From: Podospora anserina
Lineage: Eukaryota
Reading direction: 5' to 3'
Length of the DNA stretch: 64,000 nt
Assembly: GCA_017654855.1 (NCBI GenBank)
Contig: CM030337.1
Coordinates: 2,108,001 to 2,172,000, forward strand
Shown: positions 10,795-23,339 of the stretch, in pieces
Numbering within the stretch: the stretch's first letter is position 1
Layout of the letters: each line of letters begins with the position of its first letter
Position numbers and translations under genes: made by a program
Notes under the pieces: model-generated
What the model was told of the DNA's origin: nothing
The model's database searches: none
Seen by the model: the letters and a program-made list of their open reading frames with translations, nothing else

Positions 10795-13029
10795 ATGGAT
10801 GAGAGCATGGTTAGCTACGGGACACCCACCAACGGTGCATCCCCTGGCGCAAACCCAATTCTTTCGCAACCCCCTCTCCCGGATGTCAATGACCAGAACG
10901 AAGGTTTGTAGATTGTTGTCTTGTCTTGTCTTGTCTTGTCTTGTCTTGTCTTGTCTTGGCCGCCCAGTCCCGGGCTAACGTGTTTTCGCCATGTGTAGAT
11001 GTACAGATGGGTGATGGCCCAGAGCCAACAATCAAACAGGACAGCACCACGCCTGCACCAGGCGCCTCATCCGATAATCCCTTGGACGCGCCTGATCGTC
11101 CCCCTGCGGAATCGACAGCCCGCGAAGATGAAGAGATGGGCGACGCCTCTAAGAGCAGCGCTGACCAAGCCGATGGCGCTGCCGGGAACGAGGGGACCGG
11201 TGAGGTCAAGACCAAGGAGTCCGTCGAGAATGCCGCCAGAGAACATCTGATTTCGCAAACCCATGCCATCGTCCTCCCCAGCTACAGCGCCTGGTTCGAC
11301 ATGAACACCATCCACAGCATTGAGAGGAAAGCGCTGCCCGAGTTCTTCAACAACAGAAATCGAAGCAAGACACCGGCTGTCTACAAGGATTACCGTGATT
11401 TTATGATCAATGCCTACAGGTTAAACCCAGTCGAGTATCTCACCATCACTGCCTGCCGTCGCAACCTGGCCGGTGATGTCTGCGCCATCATGAGAGTCCA
11501 CTCTTTCCTCGAGCAGTGGGGGTTGATCAACTACCAGGTACTTTTCGCTTGGCGCGATGTTATATGCTCTACAAAAACAAAGAAAAAAAACAAAAAAGTA
11601 CTGACTTTAGCCACAGGTCGACACAGAACAGCGCCCATCGCACGTTGGACCACCGTTCACTGGCCACTTCAAGATCATCTGCGATACTCCTCGCGGCCTT
11701 CAGCCATGGCAACCCGCCGCAGACCCTGCCACCGTTGAGGGGCGGCCTAACAAGGACACAGAAGTCAAGGCGAGCGCTACACCCGCGCCAAAGTCTGAGC
11801 TCAACCTGGAAGTCGGCCGCAATATCTACGAGGCCAACGCTAAGAACACCAAGCTCACCAAGACCGAGAGCAAGACCAATGGAGAGACCCCAGTGACCAA
11901 CGGTGTATCCGGGACCGACGAGCTCACCAAGACGCCCATCATCAGAGTCAACTGCTACAACTGCGGCACCGACTGCACGCGCATCTACTACCACAGCTCC
12001 CAGGCCGATCCCAATTCGAAGGCCAAGTACGACCTTTGCCCTAGCTGTTACCTCGAGGGCCGCCTCCCAGGAAATCAAACCAGTGCCCACTACACCCGGA
12101 TGGAGAACCCAACATACTCTTCTATTCTCGACAGGGACGCACCATGGAGCGATGCTGAGACACTCAGGCTGTTGGAGGGTCTTGAGAGGTTCGACGACGA
12201 CTGGGGTGAGATCGCTGACTATGTTGGGACACGGACCAGGGAGGAGTGCGTGCTCAAGTTCCTCCAGCTTGATATCGAGGACAAGTACTTGGAGTCGGAG
12301 AAGGTGGATGCACCGGTTGGCCTGCAAATGCTGGGCAGTCATGGCGGTCAGCTACCATTCAGCCAGACCGACAACCCGGTCATGTCGGTGGTGGGCTTCC
12401 TGGCCAGCCTTGCGGACCCGGCCAGCACTGCGGCTGCTGCTGGCAAGTCGGCCGAACTGCTGAAGCAGAATCTTCGCAGCAAGCTCGATGCCGTTCCCGA
12501 GGATGCCGAGGCCAATGGCAAGGGCAAGGAGAAGGAGGGCGAGTCGATGGAGCTGGATATCAGGCAAGAGGTTACCACCACCACCACCACGACAACGACC
12601 ACAACCACCAAGACCAGCGCGCTGGCCAACATTCCTCTTGCGGCCATTGGTGCCAGAGCCGGCGGTCTTGCGTCGCACGAGGAGCGGGAGATGACCCGTC
12701 TCGTCTCCGCTTGCGTGAACATCACGCTGGAAAAGGACGAGCTCAAGCTCAAGTACTTTGACGAGATGGAGTCGATCCTGCAGTCGGAAAGACGTGAGCT
12801 GGAGAGGGCGAGGCAGCAACTGTTCCTCGATAGACTCTCGCTCAAGCGCCGCGTCCGCGAGGTTGAGCAGGGGCTCAAGGAGGCTGTTGCCACGGGGGGT
12901 GAGCAGGGCATCCGCATGGTGCAAGAGCTGGGGCTTGATGGGGAACGGGTGACGTTTGACGCGCCGGCGCCGGCTGGGTCGGTGCAGCCGCTTAGTGCTG
13001 ACGGGCAGCTCAAGAGATATGAGTCTTAG
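10795..13029 (+). CDS. RSC8: SWI/SNF-RSC subunit Swi3/Rsc8/Ssr2 (SWIRM, ZZ zinc finger, SANT, coiled coil); exons 10795-10903, 10999-11537, 11617-13029
   Basis: SWIRM ([14 protein letters not shown]...[11 protein letters not shown]), CxxC...CxxC finger, SANT ([13 protein letters not shown]...VGTRTREEC), ASHEEREM coiled coil. Confidence 0.93.
10918..10957. repeat. (TCTTG)n pentanucleotide microsatellite in RSC8 intron 1
   Basis: About 8 tandem units visible. Confidence 0.9.
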
Positions 13030-14301
13030 TATGGCGATTTGGTTGCTGAGGAGGAGGGTTACGGTTCGGGAGTGGAGTTTCGCAGTGAGGAATCTGAGTC
13101 TGGGCAGGAGGAGGAAGAAGGGACTCCAAGACCTTGGGGTTTCTGAGATGCAGAAACGCGTTACTTGTGGTATGCGCGGGGGCCAAGTAGCTCGGCCAGG
13201 AGGTGGTTACAAGGTGTGCACCCTTTACAAATACTTCCTTTTTCTTCTTTTTATTTTCTGTTCATTGGCGTCAAGGGTCGGTGCTCTGTGCAGGGGAGGG
13301 ATGGATGAATGGTTTTTATGGGAGCTCTGGGAAGCAAATGGTGTCGTCAAATGCTATGCGTGGGCGTATGAAAAGAAAGACACTGGGCACCTTTTTGTTA
13401 TGGCTTTACTATTTCTGTATCAAAATACCTACCTATCTTATTACAATGCAGCGGTTAGTGAGGGGTGAGGCGAGGTCTTGATGGCTCTGGGGAGGATATT
13501 TTTTGAGAAAAGGTCTGCAAGTTACGTTAGATGAGGTAGTGATTGGTGTAATCGGTGTTTTGGCGTATTGTTTATATTCAATCTCACAACGTGAGGCTGT
13601 GATAGGGGTACCGCTAACAGTAAGTAGTAGGCCGAGGTTGTTTCTTGCAGGTGGGACGGAGATAAATACCTAGCCTTGTGACCACCGGACTTGTCGATGA
13701 CCCGGGAATGCTGTAGGTAGTTCGTCGGATTGGGTTTACATATATGATCATGGTCGTACGGGTTGGGCCTACTATCTCCGGTCTTCAGGGTCTTTGGTCA
13801 TGATGAGTGTACAGGTACAAGGTGCATAATTGACATCTGCCCCGGGCAAAGCTTATTCACTCACTCATCGGCGCGCATTATTTACAAGAGGTGCGATTGG
13901 AGGAGGAGAGGGTATCAATATGCATAAGGTTTTCCGCTGGCATGTGAATTCCCTGTTTCGGCTTCCTCCGCTAGGCCGTAACGAGCCGGTGGAAGGGAGG
14001 GACGAAAGCGACGTCAGGCTCAGCGCGGCATCCGTCACAGAACAGCAGGGAAGGCCCTTCACACGCCAACGGCATGGTCACAAGGGGCGGCCCCGCTGAC
14101 TCGGTAACCCCACGGCCAGCTTGCAGCGTTGGAAGACTGAATGACGGCAAATAGCCTCGGCTTCAGGGGTCGTTCGGACAAGCGCACCCTGATGCACCTG
14201 CTTTTTTTCCAAGTGCCCCCCCAGGGCAAGAGGGATCAGACGAGACGAGGCACGCACGCAAGAGGGAGATGTGTGTTGGGCGCGCGGGGGGGGGGGCTTA
14301 A

Positions 14302-14343
14302 TACATACATACATACATACATACATACATACATACATACATA
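14302..14343. repeat. (TACA)n microsatellite upstream of CAT2
   Basis: About 10 tandem units visible. Confidence 0.9.
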
Positions 14344-14687
14344 ACTGTGAAGGCCAGTATAACCGATGCCGATGTCACCCCGGACCCCCGAACCTGTGTA
14401 TCCTTTTACCTAGGCTCGCGGAGAAAGCGGAAAGCATCACGCAAAGAAAGGGCCGACCCTGCTTCGGTCAATCGTCCCGCGGCTACTCTTCTCTCTACTA
14501 CTACTACATACCACTCTGTACTATCGTAAATTCACAAGGGTCACCTACTACCCAACCTACTATCCTCTCCTTGACGTCTTTCATTTTCTTCCCAGCCCCC
14601 AAACAAATCTTTTGCTGTCTGTCCGTTGCCTCCTTAATTCCCCCCCTTCCCCGGCTTTTTAGCTCCACTTGCCTAGGAGAAGTTGGG

Positions 14688-16777
14688 ATGTTTGCCGCGA
14701 TCGCAAGGACCGCAAGGACAGAGGCTCGGTCGCCCGCTCTTAGGAATATCATTCCCAAACAAACCCAGACGCCACTGGTTCGTGTTCTCTCAAACCTTTC
14801 TTTTTCTTCCGCGCATACAGCTAACACAGTCGGCAACCCCAAAACAGAGATTGGCAACAATGGCTTCTAGAAGGAACAACTCCTCCCTGCCCGCCGGCTA
14901 CGTCGAGGACAAGTCCAAGGGCCCAATGCTCCGCTTCCAAGACTCTCTCCCCAAGCTCCCCGTCCCAACCCTCGAAGAGACCGCGGCCCGCTACCTCAAG
15001 TCCCTCAAGCCTCTCCTCTCCCCCGCCGAGCTCGAGAAGAGCACAAAGGCGGTCCAGGAGTTCATCGCCCCCAACGGCCCCGGCCGCAAGCTCCAGGAGA
15101 AGCTCCTCGCCCGCCGCGAGGACCCCAAGCACAAGAACTGGATCTACGAGTGGTGGAACGACGCCGCTTACCTCTCCTACCGCGACCCCGTCGTCCCTTA
15201 TGTCAGCTACTTTTACTCTCACCGCGATGACAAGCGCCGCCGTGACCCTGCCAAGCGCGCGGCGGCCATCACCACCGCCGCGCTCGAGTTCAAGAAGCAG
15301 GTTGACACGGGCACGCTGGAGCCCGAGTACATGAAGAAGCTGCCGATTTGCATGGATAGCTACAAGTGGATGTTCAACTGCAGCCGTGTGGCTGCCAAGC
15401 CGGCGGATTACCCCGTCAAGTTTGACCCGGCGCAGAACAAGCACATTTTGGTGATCCGCAAGAACCAGTTCTTCAAGGTCGCGCACGAGGTCAACGGGCA
15501 GCAGCTTAATACCTCTGAGCTGGAGCAGGCGTTCCGTCGGGTTTATGAGCTCGCCGGGCAGCGGGTTCCTGCTGTTGGCGCCCTGACGTCGGAGAACAGA
15601 GATGTCTGGACCGACGCGCGCGCGAAGCTCTTGTCTGCCGACCCCAAGAACGCCCAGTCCCTCGAGGCGATTGAGTCGGCTTCGTTTGTCGTCTGCCTTG
15701 ACGATGCGGCTCCTGTGACGCTTGAGGAGCGCGCGCATGCTTACTGGCATGGTGACGGGCAGAACAGGTGGTATGACAAGCCGCTTCAGTTCATTGTCAA
15801 CGACAATGGCACGTCGGGTTTCATGGGGGAGCACTCCATGATGGACGGCACGCCCACCCACAGGCTGAATGACTTTGTCAACGACGTCATTTTCAACAAC
15901 AAGCTCGACTTTGCCGACCCGACTGTCCGGAGCAATCTGCCCGAGCCTCAGGTTGTCAAGTTTGTCGTCAACAAGGAGGTGCAGTCCGAAATCGACAGGG
16001 CCATCACCGACTTCAACAACGTCATTGGCCAGCACCAGCTCGCGGTGCAGGCGTACCAGGGATACGGCAAGGGGCTGATCAAGAAGTTCAAGTGCAGCCC
16101 CGACGCGTACGTGCAGATGATCATCCAGCTGGCGTATTTCAAGATGTACGGCAAGAACAGGCCTACGTATGAGTCTGCCGCTACCAGACGCTTCCAACAA
16201 GGCCGTACCGAGACTTGCAGGACTGTTTCCGAGGAGTCAGCGAACTGGTGCAAGAGCATGGCTGATCCTGCCATTCCCGACTCTGAAAAGGTGACCCTGT
16301 TCAGAAAGGCGATTGATGGGCACTTGGAGTACATCTCTGCCGCGAGCGACGGCAAGGGCGTGGACAGGCATTTGTTTGGGCTGAAGAGGTTGTTGGGCAA
16401 GGGGGAGGAGGTGCCGGCTCTGTATCAGGATCCGGCGTATGGGTATTCTAGCTCGTGGTATCTCAGCACCAGCCAGCTGTCGAGTGAGTTTTTTAACGGG
16501 TACGGGTGGAGTCAGGTTATTGATGAGGGGTTTGGGATTGCGTATATGATTAATGAGAATAGGTAGGTTTTTTCTTTTTTTTTTTGGTTTTTTTCCTGGG
16601 CAGGTGTGGTGGGATAGGGTGAACAAGATTACTGACTGATTGGTGTGCAGCTTGAACTTCAACATTGTCAGCAAGGGCCTCGGGAGCGAAAAGATGAGCT
16701 ACTACCTCAGCGAGGCGGCCGGCGAGATGAGGGACTTGTTGATTCCTACTCTTGAGGCGCCCAAGGCCAAGATCTGA
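14688..16777 (+). CDS. CAT2: Carnitine O-acetyltransferase, mitochondrial/peroxisomal; exons 14688-14777, 14830-16562, 16651-16777
   Basis: LPKLPVPTLEET, catalytic EHSMMDG, TYESA...GRTET, LSTSQ motifs; N-terminal presequence exon; C-terminal AKI tripeptide. Confidence 0.96.
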
Positions 16778-17040
16778 GCTCACGGTTGAGGGATCTAACG
16801 GGGGGGCTGCAAAAGGTGGACGAATATAGAAAGACAGAAGATCAACATTTACAACAGACAGACAGAGACCGAGAGAAGAAGAAGGGCCAAAACACAGTGC
16901 ACGGGGGTTTCATAGTGTTTTTATTTTGGCTGTTTAGGAGAGAGGAGAGAGAAGGAAAGAAAGAAAGGCATATATAGCATTTACAGCTGGTTTGCTGGTT
17001 TGATTTGTTGGCTTCTTACACATAGACCACTGCAGCTCGC

Positions 17041-17043
<3 letters not shown>

Positions 17044-17074
<31 letters not shown>
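17044..17074. repeat. (CCTG)n microsatellite between convergent CAT2 and BRO1
   Basis: About 7-8 tandem units visible. Confidence 0.85.
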
Positions 17075-17303
17075 CTTGTTTTTGTTGTTGTTGGATAGGT
17101 TCCGTCCCTTTTTAACTAGCTTGGCTTGAGTGTTTTGTATTGTATCATTGCATTTTCAATTCTCAGTTATTGTCTCCATCTCCAACAGGACACTTTTCAA
17201 GTGTGTGATATGAATATATATTTTGATATCTTAACTCCACTTCTCTCCTCTCTTCCTACCCCCTTACCCCGTATCAATCTTTCCATCCCTTCCCCCCCAC
17301 CCC

Positions 17304-20300
17304 TTATTTCCACGCATTCAACCCAGCCCAAGGATCCTGCCCAGCACCACCCCCCTGATTGGGATTCGGATATCCCACCTGTCCCTGATACAACTGATGT
17401 TGCTGTTGCTGTTGCTGCTGGTGCTGGTGCTGGTGCTGGTGCTGGTGCTGGTGCTGCGAAGCCGACCCCGGTCTCGGCGGCGCATTCGGGTTATAATACC
17501 CATCCCCATAGTTGATCATCTGCTGCGGCCCCAGCGGTGGCGGTCCAGGTGGTGGTGGCGGAGGCACAAAGTTAGGCGGTACATACCCACCACCACCAGC
17601 TTGCTGCTGCTGCTGAGGAGGTGGTTGCTGATAGCCTTGTGGTGGTGCGTTGGGATTCCCATACGTGTTGTGGCCAAACGAAGTCTGGTTCGGTGGCGGG
17701 GAAGCCGGTCCGCGCATGTGTCCCCCAAGATTGAAAGTCGACTGTGTTGCCGGAGGAGACGCCGGGCCGGGGATGCGGCCGTGAGAGCTAGGGTTGTAGA
17801 TGGTGTTGAACCCCGACTGGCTCGACTGTTGCTGGTGATGCCCGTAGGTGGTCTGGGTCGGGGGTGGAGAGCTGGGGAGTGTATGCTGCCCGGAGGAGTA
17901 GCTGCTCTTGTGATACGCCGGCCCGGTGTTGAAGGTGAGCGGTGCCGGCGCCGGTCTCGACTGCTTGGGAGGTGAGGGTGGTTGTTCCATCGACATGCGC
18001 TCCATCAAACCCCTTAACCGCTCCTGCTCCAACGCAGCCTGTGAGCTCTTGCTTGCTGCCCGGGCCTGTTCGATTTGGTTGAGCAACTGCGCTCCTTCAG
18101 ACCGCCGGTTGTTGACAAACGTGTCAACATTCTTCTCCATGCTCTCCACCGTTTCCCTCATCTCCTTGTACCAATTCTTGGCGCTCTGGAGACCAGCCTC
18201 CAAGTCCAGGAACTCCTGATATGCCCGCTTGTATCTGCCGATGACGGAAGCTCTCGTCCTCTGAATTGATTCGTATTTGCTCTGCTCCGCGCGGACCCGC
18301 TTATCCTGAAGGAGGTTGTTGAACGTTACTGTCAACTCCCGCATCATCGCCGCCTGCTTGTGAGTAGCTTGAACGAGACGGGTCTGGTAAGGCCTGAACT
18401 TCTCGAGCTCCTGTTGAAACAGCTGCTGCTCGTGCTTGACAATGCTCTTCTTGTTCAAAATCAAGATTTGAGAGATGTCATCATTGTGCGCCTGTGTCTG
18501 TTAGCAAACGCTCTCATACTGCCCCCATGAGTTCCTGGTAGACAACCCACCTTCTCCTTCAAGTCCTTGAGCACTTGGGTGCGTTCCCTTTTGATCAGAT
18601 TCAGCTTCTTGAGGATATCCTCCACCTTGGTAATCTGCTCAACAACGCTCGGTCCCCCATCATCAAAATCGGCATCCAAAAGATTGGGTTCAGTCGACGG
18701 GCTATTCGTATTGCTGGCTTTGCGCCCTTTATTAACCGCCCTCTGGAACAACGCATCCACCTCGCCAGTCTCCGCAGCAAGACGCATCTCGTCAAACTCG
18801 TTCTGGTTTTGCCGCAACTTGGTGAACAGTTGTTGATCGCTCCGTGCTGCCTCGTCCAAAGCTTCCCGATAGCCTCGAATATCACTCCGTAGAGTCGTAG
18901 TAAGTCGCGAGCTTGGCTGCTGGGTCCACTCGCTATCATATTTCGACCTCATCTTTTCACACACGCTTTCCTCCATATCTAGTTGTTTTGCGCTCCTGTC
19001 CAAAACAGTCATGATGGCCTGTTTCTGACCATGCAAAGAGTCGAATATCGTCCCGGGATTCTCGTGGTCCGCAACGTCCACACACCATGTCCTGAAATCT
19101 TCATCGGGAAGAATTTCCTGATCAAAGCCACCCTTCAGAACTTGGAGAGCACCTGGCAGCCTCAAATAATCCAAACTCGCAGCCATCTCGCTGTTAGCTT
19201 GATCAACCCGCTCTGTCTCAGCTCTGACCAACTTCGCCTTTTCTTCGTCGTACAAGCTGGCCGACTCAGTGACCGCCAACGGCACAATTTTGGCAAACAG
19301 ATCTGGCCCGGTAATTCGGGAGATGTCTTGCCCAGCGTAGAGCTCGCTCACTGGGATAGGCTTCGCAGCAGGCAGCTTGGCCACAGGTGGGACACCTGCT
19401 TCGGCAGGTACTGGCTGATGGTAGATGAAATCGTTGTCCTTGTTAAGCTCACGTAGCTTGTCCTGAACCGCCACCCAGTGCCTCTTGGTGATTTCCTGCA
19501 ATATGTAAGGCGCATCCGCGTTCAAGTTTGCGTTTGGAGGCAACGTCCCCGGGAAACTGTGAGAGATTTTGTTCGCATCACGTGCAAGTGCCTCCGCCAC
19601 CTGTAGACGTGCAATAGCCATACCGTGCGAGTTCGCATCGTCGTCCGCCAAGGCCTGGAAGTATTGCGCCATCGATGTCATGAGGTTGTACTTGGCTTGC
19701 ACCATCTGAAGCCAGACCTTTTCGAAAATGGCCCTGTTGACATTGTCCTGGACACCCTCGGCTGCTTGTCCGTACAGAGTAGCTGCTTGACTCGCGAGCT
19801 TGGCCAATAACCCAACCTTTTTCTGGTCTGTGATCTGTTTCTCGAGGAACACCTCCTGCGCCTGTGCCAGCATGATATTGATCAGGGTTTTGACCGTTTC
19901 CCGACTCAGGTCTGCCGATGGCGCATGGAGGAAGTTTTCGTTGATATAAGTAAACATGCCAGCCGAGGCCTGGAAAGAATGGTAGGCGGTTTTCAGGCCG
20001 GATTCTTCGGTTCGAGTCTGATGGGCAGCATGGCAGGAGAGTACGGCCGAGATATTGAAGATGATAGAGGCCTTCTCAAACGCCAGTGAGTGTTGCGAAG
20101 TGGGCTTGTGCGTGAAGGCATCGAACCTGGATCAACCGAGGTTAGAAGGACATCTCAACAAGCCGGGACATGATGAGCATATGTTACCATGTAAAGGAGA
20201 TCTTGATGTGCTGCTCGTCAACCGGGAAACGGAGGTCCAGAAGCTCTAACTGGCCATAATACCGGTACAACAGGTCCCTGCCAGCGGTGCTGTCCTTACC

Positions 20301-20465
20301 AGCACCACGCATGTCCTGGCGTAACCGGTTGATGGCGGCGCATTCTTCTGCGTAGCGCTCCGGGTCATCGCCGTAGGTATTCTGGATATACGACTTGAGG
20401 GGCGAGATCCAGTCGATCTCGTTTGTGGCCTTGAGAGGCACGGCGATCATGGGCGCTTGTGCCAT
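17304..20465 (-). CDS. BRO1: ESCRT-associated protein Bro1 (BRO1 domain, V domain, proline-rich tail); exons 20188-20465, 18551-20126, 17304-18491
   Basis: RLRQDMRGAG...YYGQLELLDLRFP, SLAFEKASIIFN, ESASLYDEEKAKLVR, Pro/Gln-rich C-terminus ending DPWAGLNAWK. Confidence 0.94.
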
Positions 20466-21786
20466 GCTGGGCACTTGCTGGGTGTGGTGTTCAGTTCAGT
20501 CGACCGTTGCGCAAACCAGAGACGGGCTCGTTGACGTTGAGGGTGGTTTTTAATTCTCGGCACGGCATTCATAAACCCAAGGCTTCCCGATGGGGTCGCA
20601 TACGACGCGGCCAGTCGACGTACGTGTGGTGGCGTGAACGGTATTGCTTACAGCTGGGAGTGAAGACGCAGTGCACGGCCCGGGTTAGGTTAGGTTAGGT
20701 GAAGGTTGACAGGGCGGGGTTGGCAGAGAGAGGGCAGGTAAGGCAAGGTTAGGTAGGCAAGTGGCGTGGTGGAGTAGTGAGAGGTTAGCGGAATAAGGTG
20801 CCGTCGGTAGTGGGCTTCCGCGAGATTCCTGTCTGCAGTGAGACGGAGATGTAAAAGGTCAAGCCAGGCATTGGGTGAGCAAAGAACAAGGTCCGAGGTG
20901 AGGTGGGATGAGTGGATGGAGAGCAGCAGTTCACAGCGAACATGGGATACCTACCTAAGCAAGGTGTTGATAGCGGCGGCAGGCGGCACACCCCTTGGCG
21001 GCTAATAGGGCGGGGAGAACCCGCAATGACGCTGAGCTGCCCCTCCTTCAACCTACACCAGAGGGGCTTGATCCTTGTTCCTCTTTTTGGGCCTCAATGA
21101 CATGCCTGATATGTGGATGTTATCTCTCAGACAACCGAAATGGGGTTGTATATATTAACAAGAGAATATAGCAGAACGGCGCGCCATTAAACAGACACTC
21201 GAGTCTCATCCAATAGCTCATCATCTCTCAGTTGGAGTTAGCCGCGCAATGCACACCTCTGCATCTCTAGCGGCCTAGGCCTCTCATCCGAGTCCCCACC
21301 CACCGTGCTCCGGCATTCAGGGACCACAAGAAGTGTCTTTTTCCCAACACCGTCATCTCGCGATGCAGCTGACGCCACAACAACTGCACCACCAACACGC
21401 ATTGCCCATGTCAGATAGACTTTAAGCATTGTGAGATAGCCGCCGGGTGTCCTCCTTCTTTTCTTCCATGACCTTGGTTCTGCTGCGTCCAGTTCTCAGC
21501 CAGTGTGCCAGTTCATATCACCGCAGTCTTTGAGACTCCTAGCTTGGACACTGAAGATCCGGTGTGACAAGTTGCGTTCCAGCACACTATCACCTGCCTA
21601 AGCTTAGTCTCGTCAAATGAGTAAATCATAGGCATCCACCCAAAGTCCCATCCACCGCTGATTGGCATACGCAGACCGCCACGCAATATCGTCGTCGTCT
21701 TAATTTATCGTTGGTAGTCGCCCTCACCACAAAATAGTTGAACACACAAAAGTAGGTTAACCCGTACTATACTGTGAACTACCTTA

Positions 21787-21930
21787 TGCCTTAAGAGTAA
21801 ATTGATAGGCCTTTAAACGATGTTTCAAGGCCTCTTAACTATCTTTGAAGGCCTTTAAACTATCTTTGAAGGCCTATGGACTATTTTTAAAGGCCTATGG
21901 ACTGTCCTTCAAGGCATGTAAACATACTTT
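21787..21930 (-). pseudogene. Degenerate 21-bp tandem repeat, probably a RIP-mutated heptad/coiled-coil coding relic
   Basis: 6-7 units with an AGGCCT core every 21 bp; minus frame reads ALKDSP*AFKNSP*AFKDSLKAFKDS*EALKHRLKA, with TAG/TAA stops. Confidence 0.55.
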
Positions 21931-23339
21931 AATATCTCAATTGTTTTGTGGGCAGGGTGACTGTCAAGACACCCCCAAGCTCCTCGAACAGTTAATTACA
22001 AAAACGAATAACGGAATACAATGCCAAAAAGCAGCATAACCAGAGCGTGCTAGCGAGTATCATCGGCGGTCCAATCGTGGGCGGGGGAGGGGGGGTTTTC
22101 TATGCCCTCAAGGGGTCTCGGCAGGGAGTCTAGGGTACTACTACAGTGGAATGGAGAAACAAGGTTGATTATAAGCTCCAAGCTATTATTAAATAACAGC
22201 AAGATCCCGGATATAAATTGGTGCTGGACTGTTGTTGGAACGAAGGCTTTGGGTTCAAAACGATGGTTTCGACACGGCGGGTTAGTCTTGAACAGTTCAG
22301 GGGTTGAAAAGGGGCAACGGGATGACGAGCTGGGAAGCCTCAGACATTTATGCTCTTGCACAGATTTGTGGTGGGCGACTGGTGGGAACATTTATCGCCT
22401 TTTTGAAGCTGTGAGAGACTATCACACTATGTGTATTTATTACAAAAGAAGAGCCCCAGAGGTACCGCTGCGTGTTCCTCTTCGCTAGACTACTCAAACC
22501 ACTGCTACTGACTCGCAATATGATAGTACTTCATAATCATCTGCTCATCTGCATTCTGCCCGGATTCCTCTTCCAAGGTTTCTGATACCTCGTCAAGCCT
22601 CTCAAGCTACCGAATCTGAGAGGGAACAGTCTTCATCCAAATGCTCCGGAGAAATTCGAGAGATAGTCGAATGAGCGCCGAGAAAAGCTGGAAGGGCGGA
22701 AGTATAAAATCCAATTTACTTAGCGCAGTCTGTTCAATTATCTGAAAACTGACAAACCTTCCACAAATTGCTGACAGAGATGGTCCTGACTCCGCAAATC
22801 GAGCGTGAACGGTGTGCTGCGGGGCAGCGGTCACGTCCAGAGCTCCGCAAACCCCCCGCTGCGGGGAGATTGTGGAGTTCTCCGGTCCGGCGTTGAACAG
22901 TGAGGGGCAATCCAGTTGCGTTGTTCAGACGAACAGCCCCAAGCACAGCATAGAATGCCATGCAGCAGAAGGGTTCCTGCTACTTTGCTTCTCGTTATCC
23001 GGAATGTGCGTTTCATGGGGGGACACGGGGGGATTCTGGCCAACAAGAGGGGCCGGAAATAGGCTGATTCAAGGCCGATCTCACAAACCGATCCCTCCCC
23101 TTCGCCCTACCGTACAAGACGTCAAGAAGCGAAGCTAGGGGTTCCTAGATGACAGCGGCGCTACCTATTAGTGATGCCCGGCGTCGATATTTAAGTCCCG
23201 AAGTCCCATCCCGATCTGACGTGCTCAGGTTACTTTCTCGGGTTATTTGCTGCTCTCCCTCTCAATCTTTTCTGTCTTGTGACAATCGTGGTAACCAGAG
23301 CTTCTACTACTCTACCCAGGAAGAATCAGAACAGCAACA

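Noticed and set aside
20684-20700. (TTAGG)3 run upstream of BRO1
   Set aside because: Not the TTAGGG telomere repeat, and too short to call an interstitial telomere.
21787-21930. CRISPR-like interpretation of the periodic AGGCCT repeat
   Set aside because: Eukaryotic DNA; units are contiguous 21-mers without unique spacers, and there are no cas genes.
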